Source of the DNA: Pavona decussata
Taxonomy: Eukaryota
Reading direction: 5' to 3'
Assembly: GCA_977016875.1 (NCBI GenBank)
Contig: CDRNST010000144.1
Span: 6,696,001-6,760,000, forward strand
DNA: 64,000 nt
The translations under genes were made by a program, and so were the position numbers. The notes below the pieces were generated by a model. It ran no database searches and was not told the DNA's origin. It saw only the letters and a program-made list of their open reading frames with translations. This document shows positions 41,302-51,954 of the stretch, piece after piece. Within the stretch, counting starts at the first letter, position 1. Every line of letters starts with the position of its first letter.

Positions 41302-41808
41302 GTTATTATGGACAACACTGTGATCCGTTGCAAGTGTCACGGGGTATCGCAGTCCTGTGAAATGAAGACATGCTGGAAAGAGCTTGCATTGTTTCCTGTA
41401 ATTGGAAAAGCCCTCCGGGACAAGTATGACTCTGCTCTAAACGTCAGATATGACAGACGTACAGGAAGGATCCGAGTTAAGACGACCAAGACCACGGTTG
41501 ACGGCTTTAGGAATGGAGGAAAACGTAGAAGCACTCCAGACAGGCTAAACAGTAAAAGTCTAGTATATCTTAATCCCTCACCAAACTATTGCGTTAAGAG
41601 CAGCAGACGTGAAACGCTGGGAACCGTTGGACGAGAGTGCAAAGCCGATACCAATGGTCCTGAAAGTTGTATAGAGTTGTGCTGTAAGCGTGGCTTTCTT
41701 CCAAAGCGAGTGGTGATCAAAGAAAGATGTCAGTGCAAATTCTACTGGTGTTGTGACGTCAGGTGCAACGAATGTACCAGCTATAAGACAAAATACACTT
41801 GCCTTTAA
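41302..41808 (+). CDS. WNT5: Wnt5 terminal exon 4A (168 aa; isoform A, 374 aa total)
   Basis: Acceptor ttttctcatgtttAG (41300-41301), phase 0. VIMDNTVIRCKCHGVSQSCEMKTCW...KYD...LVYLNPSPNYC...GTVGREC...CKFYWCCDVRC...TKYTCL*. All 16 expected cysteines are present. AATAAA at 41929-41934. Confidence 0.92.
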   Translation, partial: VIMDNTVIRCKCHGVSQSCEMKTCWKELALFPVIGKALRDKYDSALNVRYDRRTGRIRVKTTKTTVDGFRNGGKRRSTPDRLNSKSLVYLNPSPNYCVKSSRRETLGTVGRECKADTNGPESCIELCCKRGFLPKRVVIKERCQCKFYWCCDVRCNECTSYKTKYTCL

Positions 41809-44800
41809 GAAGATGCCATGTTCCGGCCTCACTCGAGAACAAGTTGCTTCCTCAATGTAGCGTCATGGTATCGTTCAACTTTGAGGACGCGTGTTTTGAT
41901 TAAAATCGACCAATCAAGGACATGGATCAATAAAAGCATCACTCTTTAATAACTGTGGTGATAACGAGAAACACATCTTTTAAGTTGACCAAGATAACTC
42001 AAGACGATATAGTGGATAGCAAAATCCTTCTCTTTTGACTTGGCCAAAGAAGACCTTACACGCACTATTATTGTCAATATTCAGATAATGGCAATGTTTC
42101 TACTGCTTATGTGTGAATTTATTTTAACTGGATAATAGATACTGTTTAAAGACTTTGACTAGACTGTACTGTTCTTAACCCACGTGTATATTTTGTAGTT
42201 ATTTCTAGCATATTCGAATTTCGACATAAACAAGAGTCTTTTCTCCTCAACACCTCTTTCCGCACATGTCCATAACATAAATAAATGACCATCAGAAAAC
42301 TGTTAGGGAAACCAAACAAAACTGATCGGAGGGGGGGGGGGGGGGAGACCCTGCAATGTACTAGCATCCCTTCCTGGGAGACAAAGTAATACTCTTATTT
42401 GCTTCCGGTACCTGAGTTACACCTTTAAGTAACCTGTAAGATCTTGGAATGGTGCCCAAAATTTAAGTTCTTGGATGAATCGTTACGTCATCCATTTGAA
42501 ATGTAGCGAAGATCTTTTAAGGAGTGGTACTATTTGGTTTTCAATTTTTCCCAAATTTTTTTTTTGGCACTCTTAGCCGCCTAAGATAGAATTACCTTGT
42601 TCATTAAGTATACCTCAGTCTCATTTAATTAGGAAGATTATGAGCTTCTATTGAGTGAGATTGGTGTTTGTGTTGGTCAGTTGTTAAAAAAAAAAAAAAA
42701 AGTAGCGGCCAGGGCAACTCCTCTTGTTCTGCCATTGGGCAGTATAGCTAATTTTGGGACGTGAAAATAAGTTTTATACGGAATTTCAATGACTAAAAGC
42801 GTATATTTCCTACATCTTCGATTGTCGTTTATGTTGTAGAACAGGGTTTATATTGTTATTATGCACAGACAGTATCCGATTGATTGGGATGCATTGTTAT
42901 GTATAAGTCAATAACGCATATAAATTATTACGTATCTACGCACATTTTTCGCCCCAAAAAATGTAGCTAAATTGAAATTTTGAGCACAACATATATGGAC
43001 GTTACTTGACTGGTAATGCTACAGAAACGTAATACGTTTTTCCCCCACCAACTTCAGATGAATAACTCACCGAAATTTCAACTTGTTGTAAGGGTTTTTC
43101 TTTCAAGTAAGTGTACATATTTCTAGTCTCTAACATTAGAAAATTTTATCGGTACAGCTAGATTCCTAATCTCAGACTTTACGTCTGTCAAATATTATGC
43201 ACAAAGTGGATTAGAGAAATCTGACTTGGTATGTGGAGCAACTTGCCAATACCTCGCTGTTTGTCAGCAAATAAATCTCGTATTTTTATGTTTAATTTTT
43301 TTTGCTCATTTGCACATTATTTGGTCGTTGGACACAGACGTTTGAATTTCGGTTAATAATATCCAATGACCTCGTGTTCGACCCTATTAAGGATAACCTT
43401 TCATCAAGATTTATTGACGGGAACTTTTATATACGTATGACCCGTTTTTGGCACATCATGGTTTAACACAAAAATAATGCTATGTAACCAACTTTTTAGC
43501 ACAAAAGCTAAAAACATGCCTTACAATGCCACGGTTTGGTTACAAGCACGCATGAAAGGTTATTTAGAGGTCCATCTATTTGCGAACTGCTTACCCATCG
43601 TTGTCTGAATTATGCAATTTGTAGCTTGAGTAGAGCATGCAATCAAACTTTATCATGAGGAAGTACGGATTAGCCTATAGCCTTTACGTTTTCAATTATT
43701 TTGAGCGATAGTCGGGCCAGGCGTACTTAGTCTTAAAACTTCCGAACACTTGTGTTAGGTGCCAAAGTTCACTAACGAAAGTTCGATTTTTTAATGATTT
43801 GCAAGGGAAAAGCGTTGAAAATTTTGAAAGATTTAAAGGCATATTGGGTTAGTTTGCACGAAAAAACTACCACCAACCAATAGAAACGATAAAAAATATT
43901 CGGCGCCTAAAACAAATCGGGAGTTTTGAGTAATGGACCCCTGAGCTACGGTAATTTTTAGGCAAATATTTTATCTATAATTAAATGTACTTACCCTTAT
44001 ATTTTATTCTAAACTTTATGTTTTTCAGTAAAAATAAAGGTTAACGGTTTGTCTGTTAATAAAAACCAGCAAGCTTAAACAAAATATGAGCCATGGGTAT
44101 AGTCTTCTGAAATTTACCAAACGATTCTTTTAAACAATATTACTATTCGTGACATCGTATAAACACAACGTTAAACCTACCATAAGGAATCAACTTCAAT
44201 TTTCCTTATCTCGCCATACAGATTGTGCATTACCGGGCACGTTTTTTTAGTTAAAACGCTATCTGGCATATAAGATCGATGGATTTCAAGGTTTGAAGTT
44301 GACTGATGCCCGCGTTATAGGCATATTATTCACTCATATAAAAGTTATAGCAGACAGAGGCGTCCATGTGAACACAGACAGATAAGCCGCACTCACTGAC
44401 TAGCAGCAACCGGGGTTAAGAAGCTTGAATTTTGGAAAAAAATTCACATTCGAGTCAGAAGAACTGTCCTATTTTCGATGAACGTGGAGGCAAATCTCCA
44501 CACAGATCAATAGTTCAAACCAGATGAAATAATAAATGTAGTTTTAGATGCAGTTTTAGTCTTCAGCGTTCTTGGGAACAAAATGGCGAACCCAAAAGAA
44601 CTTTCCTATCAGCATCTTTTCATTTACTTTAGTTTTTCGATGGCAGTTACTCATTAGCAAAAGTAGCAGACCCGAAAATCAGGCTTATCGTGTTTTACTA
44701 TTTAACATTCATGCTAAGCTAAGTAACTGGGCGGGAGAGAGAGAACTGGAGATAAGTAATTTACGTCCTCTACAGCAGAGAAATAACAGTGCGATATTGT

Positions 44801-45481
44801 TTGCTCGTGGAGGAATCGATAACTATAAAAAGTTGATCTGGAATTCCTTCAAATTTTGGCACTTCTCTTCAATTTACCCAACTTTCAGCCGTAGCTTTTA
44901 TTTGAGTCACACAGCTTGCGAATATTTTCGTTTTACCTTTTAAAATTCTCATTAGATGACCTTTAGCTGTTTCAGAAAAGGCGATACTTAATCCCTTAGA
45001 AGATCTGTTGACAAAGGTGATTAATGATATTGCTAAAACGGCTTGTTTTAGGAGCCCTCAAACTTGATAAAGTAGTGACTAGTTCAGTCTTATTCTATTA
45101 TGGTGTCACATTGTAATTACAGTTGCTAAAATGGACTTTGTGTTAGTCTTAACATGTTTAGTTCACCGAACCTCATCCCGATATTCTCGCAGATAAACCT
45201 TACCCAAATTTCATGCAAATGTTCGGGATTTGTACGGGTACCTTCAACGCTGGCTGTTCTCCATCAACTTCCTGGTCCCTTTGTGTTTTTTTCTTGTTAC
45301 TTAGACGGCTTAAACAAATTTTAACGATGACAAGAACACGACCAATGTTTGTAAACCCGAACCAATAGAACTCCATCTGGTGTAGCTAAGGGCAGAATCT
45401 GCTTGGGGGTGTGTCATCTAGACTATTCAATATCTTCAGTCGACGATAGCTGAATCATTCATTAATATTTTTTATCAACAG

Positions 45482-45994
45482 GTTACCAAAGAGCAAGCCA
45501 AAATTGTGTGCAAATGCCATGGCATGTCAGGATCGTGTAACATGAGAACGTGCCAAAGGGAATTGTCCGAATTCCGTGTGGTCGGCGACATCTTGCACAG
45601 AAAATACGACAACGCCGTACGTGTGAGATTGGAGAGGAAAGACGCCTTGAACAGTCTCCATATTGTAAAGAGAAAAAAGAACGGTGAATACCGTCGGGAC
45701 AGTTCGAAATTGAGAAGCACCAACAAAAAGCCAGCGATCGACACCATGGTGTTCTTAAAAGACTCGCCTGACTACTGTGACGGAGGTCCGAAGCGTGAAT
45801 TTCCAGGAACTTATGGGCGAGTCTGTAGCGGTGACTCGTACGGTTCAGACAGCTGCGATGAGTTATGCTGCGGGCGCGGATACCGAGAAGTGCAGGTGTT
45901 GACCAGGAAGCGATGCAAATGTAAATTCCATTGGTGCTGTGAGATCAGATGCAAGGAATGCTCAAAACTGGAAACTAAGTACACATGCCGGTGA
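45482..45994 (+). CDS. WNT5: Second Wnt terminal exon 4B (170 aa; putative alternative last exon of Wnt5, isoform B 376 aa)
   Basis: Acceptor atattttttatcaacAG (45480-45481), phase 0. VTKEQAKIVCKCHGMSGSCNMRTCQ...KYD...SPDYC...GTYGRVC...CKFHWCCEIRC...TKYTCR*. All 16 cysteines present, no stops or frameshifts. No separate 5' Wnt exons were seen between 41808 and 45482. Confidence 0.85.
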   Translation, partial: VTKEQAKIVCKCHGMSGSCNMRTCQRELSEFRVVGDILHRKYDNAVRVRLERKDALNSLHIVKRKKNGEYRRDSSKLRSTNKKPAIDTMVFLKDSPDYCDGGPKREFPGTYGRVCSGDSYGSDSCDELCCGRGYREVQVLTRKRCKCKFHWCCEIRCKECSKLETKYTCR

Positions 45995-47031
45995 ATGCGT
46001 GTAATCAAGAAAGAAGGGCAGCAATACCAAGTCTTGAAGCATGGTATGATGACGTTATGAACAATATGCATAATACATTTTCCTTGTACTAGCTTCTAGC
46101 TGTACAATGCTAAGGACAGTCTGAACTTATTCCTATTTCATAAAAGTTCAGGTACAGATTATGTGAGTTTGGATGTCAGGCTTTTGTTCTGCAAATACTA
46201 TTTTTGGGTCCAGATTTCTTCTATGTCCTACCCATGTTCCTTCAAGATTTTGTATTCTGTTGCCAAACACATTGTTTTCGGTCTACCATTACCACGCCCT
46301 TCAATAATACACGGACTCTGAATTTTAAAACTCATAATGTATTGCGTGTTTCTTCTGCCTTTCATTATCTTTTGTGGGCCACTCGGATATCATCTATTTT
46401 AATTTACTCGTTAGGTCGATAGTTCACATCTGTGAACAGGCACTCAATTTTGTCGCTTTAATTATGATTGACTGTAAAGTGACATTAATTCGGTTTCAGA
46501 GTTCGCGTGCCGTTGCAAGAGTAGTAAGGACCTACGTAAGTCACACGAACCCCTATTGAGTAGGTCTAAGGTGTTCACCAATAACTTTCGCCACATGTTG
46601 GCATTAGAAAACAGATGGCACTGGCTTCAGAAGGGTGCACATTTTTTTATTGTTATGAGTCCTATTATTTTTAGTTTGTTTTGTTACAGTATTAGGGAGG
46701 CTGGCACCGGTTTCCATTACGTTCCAGTACTTATACTTTGACGGATCAATACTACCACTCTAAATCAGTTGATACAACAAAAATGATCCCAAAAATGCGT
46801 TAATATTGATAAACAAGTTATAGTTGATTTCTTGAAATAATGAATTACCATAACAACAGTATAACCCGTTAAAAACACCTCTAATTTTATCTTTTAAGTG
46901 ATGAGCTCGGTGACCCCCGCTTTCCTTATGAAACTATAATCAACACGTTTAGATACAACTGTTTTGCAAAGTTTAAAAAAATTCTATCAGAGAGGCAGAG
47001 ACTGAGACAGCGTCTGAACGGCTCTGCTGAT

Positions 47032-47032
<1 letters not shown>

Positions 47033-47102
<70 letters not shown>

Positions 47103-47108
47103 TAATAA
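47033..47108. repeat. (AAT)n microsatellite
   Basis: Long aat run; a second (AAT)n lies at about 48186-48234. Confidence 0.95.
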
Positions 47109-48183
47109 ACTTTATTTATAGAGGGTAGCACACAACAGTGATCACTGAAAAACTAGTGGCCCTCATATAAATATATACAGAATAAAAGTAGGCGTGTTAA
47201 AAATTAAAATCAAATATTCACAAACGAGCAATGACAATAAAAACTAAAGATATGAGACACTAAAATATCAAAAAGCAAAGCATTGGATCAAGTCTAGCAA
47301 TTAAGACAAGAAATGTGATTGCAGTTCCATAATAAGAAAGGGTCACTGAACTCGTTTTTTAGCTATAACCACTTAAAGGTAAAATTAGGGGTGTTTTGAG
47401 AAGGTTAAACTGTTGCTATGGTAATCTATTATGACGAGAAAATTACCATAACCTGTTCACAAATGATTAGGCATGTTTTCATTGTTGTACCAACTGATAA
47501 AGAATGGTTCTATTATTCTGTCACAACTGCTGCAAAGTGATGAAAACCAGTGCCAGCCGCCTTAAATGAAATTATCTTGTATATTTTCTGTATTTTAGTG
47601 ATCTTAGCGTTATTTTTCAGATTGAACATGACATAATTGTGGTCAAATATATTTTTAATAACATTCCTTATGTTTTGGGTGAATTCGTCAATCTAAATAC
47701 ATTTCAAGAAGTTAGGAAAGAAATCTTTATCTGGAAGACACTATCTTGATGCAGCATCATTTTCTCGCAACCTACGTTAAAAATGCGGAGAAATCAGTAG
47801 AGGGAATTTACTTTTTGATCATTAGCAGTGAAATACAAACAGATCGGTTGAATGTTTTGCGCTACTGTTTTAAGCATTTCTTAAAGATCTTCCTTCACAC
47901 TTTTTATTTATTGTTTTCACTCATATTCTCGGGATGCTTCTCTTCATACATATGTTTATATTGTGTCATATACTCTATCGTCACGAGGGTACTGGCAACA
48001 TTTTTGACCCAAATACTAGGAGCAGCCCTCTTTCTTAACTGGTGTGGGAGTGGGAGTTTTTCTCTTCTTGGGAATGTGTGAATTTCGACCAAACGCTTCC
48101 AATTTCTAAGTATCGTCTGAACACAACGTAAGTTTGGACGTAAAAGAGCACTCGTTATCTTACAATTAATTAAAATAACAGGT

Positions 48184-48236
<53 letters not shown>

Positions 48237-49005
48237 CAAATACTAAACTAAAATTTGTAAAGATCTTTTATGTCAGTGGCAAACACACTGTGAACGAAAA
48301 AATTGGACGAACAAGTTTAAACATTGAAATGGTACATAAGATATTTTCATTTTTTTCTGTAGTAAAATATATCTAGCATACTAAAAAGGTTGATTATTCT
48401 GCTAATTTTTTTTTACTGAATTGTATGAATAGTTCATAAATTATCAAGAGACTTACATCATCGGTATCTCTTCTTGCATGTAAATGCATATAAATTTTAC
48501 ATATATTCACGTATATTTTATGTAAATTCTTTGTTGGTATGTAGGAAAGAAACGAAAAAATTCAAGACCTGGTGAAATTTGGGCATATTACGAACAATGT
48601 TACAGACTTATGCGAAGCTCACCTTAATGCATCAGTCAATTCCAGCAGTTCCCATCCCCTTGGGCATTAGTAGGATATTTTTCCATTTTGTACCTCTGTT
48701 TGTGGGGGGGCGGGGGGGGGGGGGCATTAGACGACTTTGACAGCCTCGGGATTTTCATCTCACAGAACCGTCACTTCCTTTCAGTGACAAGTTCACCAGT
48801 AAAGACAATAAATTTGCAATGTACCAGGTCTGAGAAGAACAAAAACGAGGTCTAGATCTACGGAACGAACGGAAGCTTGAGTAAAGTTCCCACAAGTGGA
48901 CTTCTTAGTGCGCGAAACATAAGTGACAAACGACTGAGCCGCAGAAAAACGGAGGTCACTCCAGAAATCCCTGCACCTTTATCTACCAATAAAACATTAA
49001 AACTA

Positions 49006-49225
49006 AGGTCGCTTTCCTTTTGTCAAAACTGGCCAGGCAGACCGGTCAGTTCGTACACGGAATGTACCAATTTGAAGGATAAGTTTTATCCTAGTTTTTC
49101 GAATTTCTGCAAAATAGCGAGTACCATTTTCGGAGTGATTATTTTCCAAGATTTTGCAGGACCATTCCCACAAAATGACGTATTCAATTTACAGACTGGT
49201 TGTTCTGGCAAATGGAAAGCGCTCT
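49006..49225. repeat. Dispersed MITE-like repeat, copy 2
   Basis: Directly similar to 7438-7650. Ends gcgctttcc-like / ggaaagcgc form a short inverted pair. Confidence 0.75.
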
Positions 49226-50392
49226 AAGTCGAGTTCCTAACTGTTTTTTGAGCTTCTGAAGTGCATCCGATCCAAGTGAAATATACGTATTTCTCTCTTA
49301 TCTTTTGTATTTGCTGTAGATCAGCATTTTGGTGTCCATGTAACCTTCGGTAAAACACTTGGTCGATTGTATGCACGTTCTGTAAAAAGCTGTTAGGTCA
49401 GTAGAGGAGACGTTTTCCCGGTTCTGAATTAAACCTGGTATAACGAAAACTTGATATTTTCTTTCTTACTTATGGTAATGTTTGTTTCATTTGAGAGATC
49501 GATTTGCCGAATGGATCTGTAATTCTCTAGCTGGTTCCTTCAAGGATGCAAATATTTCACAATCAAAAATTTATATTGTTATCCTTCACCAACTTAACAC
49601 TTTAGTCCTTAATAAAAAATCTTTCCACACTCTGGTCAAATGCTTTAACCTCAGAGCTACAACGAAACCCTTGAAGGCTCGGTTATTCCGAAATTAAAAG
49701 AAAGAAGCCATGTTAGCCAGCTTCTTTCTTCAATGAATACGTGTCATACGTGGCTTTAATTTTTTTGAAACAATAATAGAAATTGAGGTAACTTTGCTCC
49801 ACGGCCATGTTTCTGTCCACTTCGAAGTTTACAACGGAAATGCCAACCAGAAAATATTTTGAGAGAACCTAGCAGAATGCTGGGGGTATGAAGTTATCCC
49901 TGTGATAGTACACTCAGGAAACATGTACAGATTAGTTTAAAAAGGAAAAATAAGCGCCGGTAGCCTCGTGGTATACTCTACGCTTTTAACTCTACTGAAA
50001 TTCTGTCACTATCGATCGGTTACACGCTTCCTGCTCACTACATTCCTTTATTGCTATAAAAAGTGCAATAGCAACCTGCTATTGAAGAGCTGGGACGAGT
50101 CCCTTGAATTTTGTAGAAAACAAAACAGATCTACTATATGCCGTGTGGAAGGCAAGGACGCTCAGACTTCAGACATCTGTTAAATTTCATTGTTCAAAAG
50201 CAATAAACTTTCTGCTAAAAAAATAATAAATAATAAGTTTTCAGTTAATTTAGCTGCTCATTTACCCGTTGTAAGCTGGCAAGGTACCTGTTGCGTCACG
50301 TGGTTTGGCTGCGTTTCATTAATGTTTAATCAGCTGACCGCTTTGAAACTCTTCAGTGAATCAGTGAATGGATCAGGTGCAGGATTGCGAAA

Positions 50393-50875
50393 ATGAAGCC
50401 TTTTATTTGGTGCCTTGTCGTTTTCATATCATTTGCTGAAGCTGACCAGGATCCAGCAACTATGAAAGAACCACCTGGTGTGGGAAATGGGAGTCTCGCT
50501 ACAAAGATTGAAAATAAGACGATCGTAAAGGACGACATAGCGAGGATAAACAATGCCAGTCACAGGCCTGCTTTGATAATGTTATCCGTTGCGATTATTA
50601 AGAATGGAAACCGCACCAATAACACCTCGGTACGAGATGGCTCGGAGATTTTCGTGGTGGACGGAGATAGGTCAGAGGAAATCGGGTCATTTTTCGAGTC
50701 TCCCAAGGCGTCGCCGTATTTTCCACGTTTTAGTGAAATTTCCATGAAGACACTGTACTTGATTGTTTGCATGTGCTTGGCAATTTTACTCCTCATGATT
50801 GTTAAACTGCTGGTCTCAAGAAGAGATCGCAAAAAGGATTATGATCTGGTCACTAAAGGAGAATTCGACGCTTAG
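50393..50875 (+). CDS. Intronless single-pass type-I membrane glycoprotein (loosely FAM174-like architecture)
   Basis: 160 aa. Signal peptide MKPFIWCLVVFISFAEA; ectodomain with several N-glycosylation sequons (NGS, NKT, NAS, NRT, NNT/NTS); TM helix TLYLIVCMCLAILLLMIVKLLV; basic stop-transfer SRRDRKK; short tail with YDLV. ATG context aaaATGa. Confidence 0.75.
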   Translation: MKPFIWCLVVFISFAEADQDPATMKEPPGVGNGSLATKIENKTIVKDDIARINNASHRPALIMLSVAIIKNGNRTNNTSVRDGSEIFVVDGDRSEEIGSFFESPKASPYFPRFSEISMKTLYLIVCMCLAILLLMIVKLLVSRRDRKKDYDLVTKGEFDA

Positions 50876-51954
50876 AATTGAACAGCGATGATCATGATGG
50901 AAGTACCAAACATCACTAACTGTGGAAAGAAGGATTTTCACAAAACCAGAAAATCTGGTTCAGTTCCAGTTTACATGATCATCTACATTGTCAAATACGC
51001 CATTGGTTTCTGTACCTATTGCTAAAATTAAGATCATTTCTCGGCCAGGAGACCTTTAGAAACAATTAGTAACTAAATGAGTAGAAAACTCTCAACTCAT
51101 CGTTTACATAACCAGTGTCGTCAATATGTCATAGAATAGATAAACAAGTATGGATATGCTAATATTTAAAGAGCGTGAAGGTTCATTGAAGTATCCACGC
51201 AAACACTTAATTTTTTTTTAAAGAAAAGAAGTTTTGCTTTGAAGCATATCGTTGTCGTGCAATAGGCCGGGTACAAAAAGGTCAAAATATTTTATACATA
51301 AGAAAACGTGTTGTGTGATATTCGTAGGCATTATAGTAGCAAACATTTGTCAATTACTGAACGTTTATTTAAGCAGTATTGCGTTAAACCAAAGTTTACT
51401 TTACTGACTTACGTTAATTAACAGTTCGCCGTTAAGTCAATTTAAACTAATTTGAGGCTTGGCTTCCTTTAACGACCTTTTTATTTACTGTTGGTAAAAT
51501 AATTCATTCCAATGAGTCGGTAGATGTTTGACATCTTTGGTCGAACAAAAGCTAAGTGACGTAACCTTTTCCGGTTCACTTTCGCTGTTAAAATGCTTAG
51601 TACATCTATTCGTGATACATATTTTAAGAGGAAGCAATATGTTCCCGTTAGCACATGGACATGATTAAAGGCGGAATGACTAAGGCCTTACCAGGTGCCA
51701 CAGGATAACCAGCAAACAAACCTAGAATGAGGAGTCTTTCCCTTGCCCTTGTACATTCTAGCCAAGGGTCACGTGACTAAAATGTAACATGGTAACGGCA
51801 AAAAACTGAGTTGCTGAGTTTCAAACATATCGGACCAAATTATCGCCTTTTTTCGCTTAATTAAAATTTACGTTAGGGCTTAAGAAAGAAGAGGTAATCT
51901 ACTCAAAACACGACATTGAGCTCTGCTGTTAAATTGTTGTCGGTTGTGTATCTA

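Noticed and set aside
41809-45481. Independent exons 1-3 for a second Wnt gene using exon 4B
   Set aside because: No RWNC, RE.AF, WGGC or LHNN coding segments were seen by eye or in the ORF track. A tBLASTn is still needed to be conclusive.
41302-45994. 4A and 4B as an allelic or haplotype assembly duplication
   Set aside because: The proteins are under 50% identical and the flanking sequences show no similarity, so this is not a haplotig artefact.
50341-50875. The membrane-protein ORF as a third Wnt5 terminal exon, giving a membrane-tethered Wnt
   Set aside because: The AGs at 50375-50376 and 50381-50382 are out of phase with a phase-0 donor, and the in-phase AG at 50355-50356 is followed at once by TGA. 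The ORF also has its own signal peptide.
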